NCBI GenBank assembly: GCA_963716255.1
Contig: OY970303.1
Coordinates: forward strand, 2,208,001 to 2,272,000
DNA length: 64,000 nucleotides
Reading direction: 5' to 3'
From: an uncultured Gemmatimonadales bacterium
GTDB taxonomy: Bacteria; Gemmatimonadota; Gemmatimonadetes; Longimicrobiales; Longimicrobiaceae
This document shows, piece by piece, positions 1 to 64,000 of this stretch; position 1 is the stretch's first letter; every line of letters starts with the position of its first letter. A program made the position numbers and the translations under genes. The notes beneath the pieces were generated by a model. It was not told the DNA's origin. It saw only the letters and a list, made by a program, of their open reading frames with translations, and searched no databases.

Positions 1-38325
<38,325 letters not shown>

Positions 38326-38365
38326 GATTGCAGCGTTCGTGGATGTGTCGGTGGCTTCGGCTTCG

Positions 38366-59572
<21,207 letters not shown>

Positions 59573-59800
59573 TGGACCGGGTACCGGTGCGGAGGTGGCC
59601 AGCAGGGCGCACCGTCGTTCTTGAGCCTGAGGGTGCCATGGTGCGCCGTGGGGAGGTGCCTCGCCCCTCAGCACCGCTCGGCACCGGCTTCGTCAGAGAA
59701 TCCACGTGCGCAGGTCCACCGGGCGCCATTCGCCGGACGAGCATCGAAGCTCGATCCGCACCCGCGGGGATAGACCGTGGGGACCACCTGGAAATAGCTT

Positions 59801-59819
59801 TCCCGTAACCATTACGGGA
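59801..59819. promoter_or_regulatory. Perfect inverted repeat in the NRPS leader (operator or RNA hairpin)
   Basis: tcccgtaa-cca-ttacggga: 8-bp arms with a 3-nt spacer. Confidence 0.45.
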
Positions 59820-60053
59820 CGCGCCCGCGCGCAGGCGTTGAGCACGAATGAGGCGTAAGGAACGGCTCCCCGGTGCTGTCCTGGGGGGCAGGCCCCAACG
59901 GATGCCGGGCCCTCAGACCCCACCCGCAGAAGTCGGATGTCTCGTGAGTCGGGAAGTTACACCGGCGGGCTTGAGAGCTCTGGTCTGTTTCCCCACGATC
60001 CTGAAACGGCCTTGAATCAAACGGCAGGAACGGGACGCCTCACAATCGCCCTT

Positions 60054-60081
60054 AGTATAAAAGAGCCAGTAAGATAGTCAA
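60054..60081 (-). promoter_or_regulatory. Putative sigma70-type promoter of the NRPS operon
   Basis: The minus strand reads TTGACT-N16-TATACT within a conspicuous AT-rich patch, pointing toward the NRPS genes. Confidence 0.65.
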
Positions 60082-60428
60082 GCTCAACCTGTCGCAAATC
60101 ATATGGTCGGGGTCACCGCCACGGGGTTCGCCGCGCCGGCTCGCGATCCCATCGCAGCTGAGCAGACTGTGGCCGTTCCAACGGGAGTGGTCAAGCCGCC
60201 GATCCGGCCGGACCTCCGCAGGCGAGTGCACGGGACGTCTGTCGACGTCGGCAGCCTACATCGCGTCGCCGTAGCGCGTTCGAACCGGTCGCCCGTCCCT
60301 CACCTGGGAAGCGGGCCAGAACGAAACCCGGCCCGCTTCGTCAGGAGCGCCTGCCCGCGTCGGCCATGGTGTTCCCCGGCAGCATCTCGTGGTCCAGGCG
60401 CGGGAAGAGCGGTCCCGGAACGGTGGGT

Positions 60429-60884
60429 TCAGGCCGTGCCCCGGAGCTGAAAGAGGAATTCTTCGGACCCGTCCGGACCCGCCGAAGGCTCGACACATCG
60501 ATGGAACCCGCATTTCTCGAGCACGCGGATCGAACGAGCATTGGCGTGCGCTACGTACGCGTAGACCGGACGCCTGTGCTCGTGAGCGCTCAGGAATTCC
60601 TGCACTGCCGCCGGTGCGATGCCCCGGCCCCAGAACTCCTTGCCGATCCAGTACGCGATCAGCCGTTTGCCGTCGCCGTCCCAGCTCGCGACGTAGCCCG
60701 CGACTTCGTGTTCGACGAGGATGGCCATCGCCCGATTGGCGGCGTCCGCGAAGACCCGGTTCCGCCAGTGCGCGAGGAACGCCTCCCAATCTCTCGCCGG
60801 GTAACCCGCAGCCTGGGTGGCGTCCGGATCCAGCTGGTGCTCGAACAGTGTTCGCAGGTCGCTTTCGAGCACGTCTCGCAGCAT
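60429..60884 (-). CDS. GNAT family N-acetyltransferase (RimJ/RimL-like)
   Basis: 151 aa from MLRDVLESDL, with a GGAG ribosome-binding site. Motifs AYWIGKEFWGRGIA and NARSIRVLEKCGF. Confidence 0.88.
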   Translation of the reverse strand: MLRDVLESDLRTLFEHQLDPDATQAAGYPARDWEAFLAHWRNRVFADAANRAMAILVEHEVAGYVASWDGDGKRLIAYWIGKEFWGRGIAPAAVQEFLSAHEHRRPVYAYVAHANARSIRVLEKCGFHRCVEPSAGPDGSEEFLFQLRGTA

Positions 60885-60951
60885 CGTGGCGTTCTCCGTG
60901 GGCCTGAAGTGAAAGGACAGGCCGTGTGCGGCCGGGGAGGACAGCGGTCGT

Positions 60952-61230
60952 TCAGGTGACTCGCCGCGCGTCGGCGTCATCCTGTTGTTCGGCGGCGCTG
61001 CACCCGGCGGTGAACCCGCTGACCGCCGCCCGGGCCGCCTGGAGCAGCGGATGCGGACCTGCAACCCTCACCACCCAGGCTGAAGTCAGCGCGGCAACGC
61101 GCTGCACACTCGCCTCAGGCACCAGGCGGTCCCGTGTTCCGCGCAGGTACTCGACGCGCCCCGGGCATCGAGCAAGCCATGCTCCCGCATCCACGGTCCG
61201 CACCGACCAGCGCAACACGCTGCGTGACAA
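60952..61230 (-). pseudogene. Probable C-terminal remnant of an alpha/beta-fold hydrolase
   Basis: The frame encodes VDAGAWLARCPGRVEYLRGTRDRLVP...VAGPHPLLQ, resembling the acid (DRLVP) and His (GPH) motifs. No nucleophile-containing N-terminal half or convincing start is present. Confidence 0.5.
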
Positions 61231-61249
61231 CAGGATCCGCGACCGCCCC

Positions 61250-61654
61250 TCAGCCCAGGGCATGCGCGGCGGACCTGCTGCCGCCTCTCGGTGCGATCGG
61301 CCGCATGCGCCACCTCGCGTAGGCGACGAAGGCACACAGGAGGAAAAGGATCGCGGTTGTGACGGCCGCGCTGGTCTCGCCCCTGGAGAGATGCAGCACG
61401 GTCGCGCTCGCGACGACGAAAGCGAGGCAGCCGGCAGCCACCGGCGTCAGCCACGGCATCTTCCGCGTCATCGCGGGCAGGAGCATGCCGACCGCACCGG
61501 CGATCTCCGCCACGCCCAGGAAGAATCGGAACGCGACGCCCAGCTGCTCGTTCATGATGGGAAGCAGCTCCGGCGGCGGGGAAACCAGCATCCAGCCGTG
61601 TGCGGCAAAGGCTGCGGCGAGCAGCGCCTGCAGGATCCAGAGCACGATGTTCAT
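61250..61654 (-). CDS. DoxX family membrane protein
   Basis: 134 aa: MNIVLWILQALLAAAF...FLGVAEIAGAVGMLLP...LTPVAAGCL...ATVLHLSRGE, with about four hydrophobic helices. Confidence 0.88.
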   Translation of the reverse strand: MNIVLWILQALLAAAFAAHGWMLVSPPPELLPIMNEQLGVAFRFFLGVAEIAGAVGMLLPAMTRKMPWLTPVAAGCLAFVVASATVLHLSRGETSAAVTTAILFLLCAFVAYARWRMRPIAPRGGSRSAAHALG

Positions 61655-61859
61655 TGGCCAGCCCTCGTCTCGTGGGTGATCGCGACCTTTCTCACCCTGA
61701 ATGTCGAATGAGGGACGGCAGAATCGACACGCGGCTCGCTCGGTGGGCGATCCTGCAGGAGGTGGTGGCGAATCGGGACCCGCTGGGGCCACCCGATCGT
61801 CAGCCAGCGGGGATGGATGCCGGTCGCGCCGTAGTCATGCGGAACTCAAGGGCTCGCCG

Positions 61860-62846
61860 TCAACGTGGGCGTTTCGCGAGCCAGCTCTCCAGTCGGCTCC
61901 CGGCGAGCGAGTCCCGGGCGCTCGTGGAGTCGATCCACGCGCGGTACTGTGGCAGCGTCTTGAGATACGTCACGTACCGCGGATAGCTGCCCGGATCTTT
62001 CCCGTCGAGGATCTCCACCGAGGTCTTGACCGTCGCCTCGGCAAACGCGCGCCAGATGCGCTCGCCGAACGCCGCGGTCGCCAGGTGCGGCGCGCCGAGG
62101 TAGCCCGGCCATCCCGGCCGCTGGGCGACGGAGAAGGCCTCCGCGTATGTCGCGCCCGACACCGGCGGCGCCTGCCGATGGTCGGGCGCGACGAGATCGG
62201 GGCGCAGGTACAGCATCAGGCTGTGTTCATCCATCCCCGCGTGCAGCGACAGGCCGTCGGCGCGTTTCTCCGCGGCCGTCATGTCGGACATCGCTCCGCC
62301 CCATCCGCCCAGCACGGGGAGCAGGCCCCACAGGTTGACCATCGTGCCGCCGTACGTGTCGTGGAAGAAATCAGACGCATCGTCGAGCGCGCCGATGTGC
62401 AGGGGCGAGCCGTGCACGTGGACGACGAACACCCAGCGGAACCCCTGCTCGCCGAGCTCACTGGCCAGATCGACGAACGCCGCGCGGAGCGTCGAGGGGC
62501 GTATCGCGTACGTGCCCGGGAACGAATACTGGCGTCCGATCTCGTTGGAGCCGCTCGCGCCGGCCGCGATCGGCGGAAACACCAGGACGGTCCATCCCGG
62601 ACGGCGGCTCACGAGGCCGGCGGCGAGTTCGCTCGTCAGGCGGGCGCTGAGAATGCCATCGGTGAAGGCCGGCAGGTAGGGCCCGTGCTCCTCCAGCATG
62701 CCGCCCTGGAGAATGACCACCGTCTTTGCGCGATCGAGCGCGCGGATCTGGCGCGTATTCAGGTCCCCGACCTGCAGGACCTGCGCCGGGAGAGAGCGCG
62801 CGCCGACGAGCGCAAAAACAAGCAGCAGACAGAATCGGAGTGGCAT
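61860..62846 (-). CDS. Creatininase (creatinine amidohydrolase/MftE-like) family protein with an N-terminal signal peptide
   Basis: 328 aa from MPLRFCLLLVFALVGARSLPAQ, with a GGAG ribosome-binding site. Motifs GMLEEHGPYLPAFTD, HVHGS and HAGMDEHS. Confidence 0.82.
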   Translation of the reverse strand: MPLRFCLLLVFALVGARSLPAQVLQVGDLNTRQIRALDRAKTVVILQGGMLEEHGPYLPAFTDGILSARLTSELAAGLVSRRPGWTVLVFPPIAAGASGSNEIGRQYSFPGTYAIRPSTLRAAFVDLASELGEQGFRWVFVVHVHGSPLHIGALDDASDFFHDTYGGTMVNLWGLLPVLGGWGGAMSDMTAAEKRADGLSLHAGMDEHSLMLYLRPDLVAPDHRQAPPVSGATYAEAFSVAQRPGWPGYLGAPHLATAAFGERIWRAFAEATVKTSVEILDGKDPGSYPRYVTYLKTLPQYRAWIDSTSARDSLAGSRLESWLAKRPR

Positions 62847-63273
62847 TTGATGCTCCGGACGCTGAAGGAGACCGACGGGAGAGGAGATGCTGCCGAACGA
62901 TTGTAGAAGTGGACCGGCCTCCAGACAACACCTGCACCTGTCGCCGTTGTCACCGACCAGCACTACACGCCGCGTGACAAACGGAATCCGCGACAACTCC
63001 TCGGTCAGCTTACCTGCACAGGGTCGTTCCAGTTCCGGGACTTCCAGACTTGGAGCGACCGGCAGTGGAACTCATGAATGCACCGTCCTCAGGACCCGCC
63101 ACCTGCCACAGGACTACGTCGGGAGGCGTAGGCTGAGCCTGGAAGAACGGATCGTCCCGCAATGCCGCGAACGCGGCCTCCAGCGCCATATCGCGGTACA
63201 GCTCGATCCACTCGCCCGTGCGCCGCTTCGCCGGAGTACTCGTCTCGCCACGCGCAGGGCGCTTCCGCGTTTC

Positions 63274-63299
63274 GATACTTAGGTATTTACAGAAGCATC
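63274..63299. promoter_or_regulatory. Imperfect AT-rich palindrome, candidate ArsR operator
   Basis: gatactt-N12-aagcatc (one mismatch), about 60 bp upstream of the ArsR gene. Confidence 0.35.
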
Positions 63300-63359
63300 C
63301 CGCCGTTGTAGAATCCCTGGGTCAGATCGGATGACCCGAGCATTGGGATGGTATCGCAG

Positions 63360-63701
63360 ATGGTTCAATCCGCAGCCGCTGACGAAGTGTTTCACGCATT
63401 GTCCAACCCGACGCGGCGAAAAGTCCTGGAGCGACTGTCTGTCGGACCGGCCACCGTCAGCGAACTGGCGGCGCCGTTCGACATGCAGCTCCCATCGTTC
63501 GTGCAGCACCTCTCGCTGCTCGAACAAAGCCAGCTGGTCAAGTCGACCAAGCGCGGGCGAGTGCGGACGTATGAGCTCGCGCCCGAACGTTTCAAGGTCG
63601 TCGAAGACTGGGTGACAGCGCGCCGCCAGATGTGGGAAGCCCGGCTGGACCGGTTCGATCAACACGTCAAACAACTCAAGGAAAGGGAGGCAAAACCATG
63701 A
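63360..63701 (+). CDS. ArsR/SmtB family transcriptional regulator
   Basis: VFHALSNPTRRKVLERLSVGPATVSELA...SFVQHLSLLEQSQLVKSTKRGRVR is a winged HTH. An alternative start lies at 63348. Confidence 0.92.
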   Translation: MVQSAAADEVFHALSNPTRRKVLERLSVGPATVSELAAPFDMQLPSFVQHLSLLEQSQLVKSTKRGRVRTYELAPERFKVVEDWVTARRQMWEARLDRFDQHVKQLKEREAKP

Positions 63702-64000
63702 GCAAGCAATTCACCTTCAATCCAAAGCTCGATATCGCCATCGAGCGGTTCATCGACGCGCCCCCGCGGCTCGTCTGGGAAGCGTTGACGAAACCCGAGC
63801 ATCTCAAGGAGTGGTACATGCCCAGGGCCTGGGGGCGTGTGGCGCGAGCCGAGATGGACGTGCGGCCGGGCGGCATCTTCAGCATCGACATCGCGACCGG
63901 CGACGGCCAGGAGGTTCCCAATCTCGGGTGCGTCCTGGAAGCGGTTCCGATGGAGCGGCTCGTCTGGACGTCGATGTTGTTTCCCGGCTATCGCCCCGCA
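63698..64000 (+). CDS. SRPBCC/AHSA1-like (START-fold) domain protein, truncated at the window end
   Basis: ATGA overlap with the ArsR stop. Reads MSKQFTFNPKLDIAIERFIDAPPRLVWEALTKPEHLKEWYMP...MDVRPGGIF. Absent from the ORF track because there is no stop in the window. Confidence 0.88.
   Translation, partial: MSKQFTFNPKLDIAIERFIDAPPRLVWEALTKPEHLKEWYMPRAWGRVARAEMDVRPGGIFSIDIATGDGQEVPNLGCVLEAVPMERLVWTSMLFPGYRPA

Noticed and set aside
59573..59674. N-terminal 34 aa of the 7102-aa ORF
   Set aside because: FAAL-like sequence begins at MPNPHDASSLVELL, so the upstream start is probably an over-extension.
60103..60428. 115-aa plus-strand ORF and other short ORFs between the promoter and the GNAT gene
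   Set aside because: No recognisable domain or convincing coding signal.
61701..62906. 401-aa plus-strand ORF
   Set aside because: It is the antisense shadow of the creatininase-family gene.
63360..64000. ArsR-SRPBCC pair as the cluster regulator or resistance module
   Set aside because: This is a widespread stand-alone gene pair, and nothing in the sequence links it to the NRPS.

Overview
Very GC-rich bacterial DNA. The NRPS sequence style suggests Gemmatimonadota (Longimicrobium-like), which is inference only. About 59.5 kb of the 64 kb is one minus-strand lipopeptide NRPS assembly line in two giant genes. Gene 1 (59572->38366, about 7068 aa) is FAAL-ACP plus 6 C-A-T modules. Gene 2 (38325->window edge, at least 12,775 aa) has 12 C-A-T modules and is missing from the supplied ORF track because its stop codon lies outside the window. 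Together they give at least 18 modules with no epimerase, methyltransferase or cyclisation domain visible. Hand-read A-domain codes predict acyl-Ser-(Leu/Ala-like)-Ile-X-Z-Ile-X-X-Y-Asn-Val/Ile-Asp-X-Val-Val-Val-Z-W, where X, Y, Z and W have pocket codes I cannot match to known ones. The last carrier domain looks like one that precedes a thioesterase. The line was visibly built by recent duplication and recombination: a 3177-bp module triplication, a 3195-bp duplication, and swaps with breakpoints inside C domains. Upstream is a near-consensus sigma70 promoter with a leader of about 470 nt. The right end holds small, probably unrelated genes: a GNAT acetyltransferase, an alpha/beta-hydrolase remnant, DoxX, a signal-peptide creatininase-family protein, and an ArsR-SRPBCC pair. 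Domain and module coordinates are approximate.
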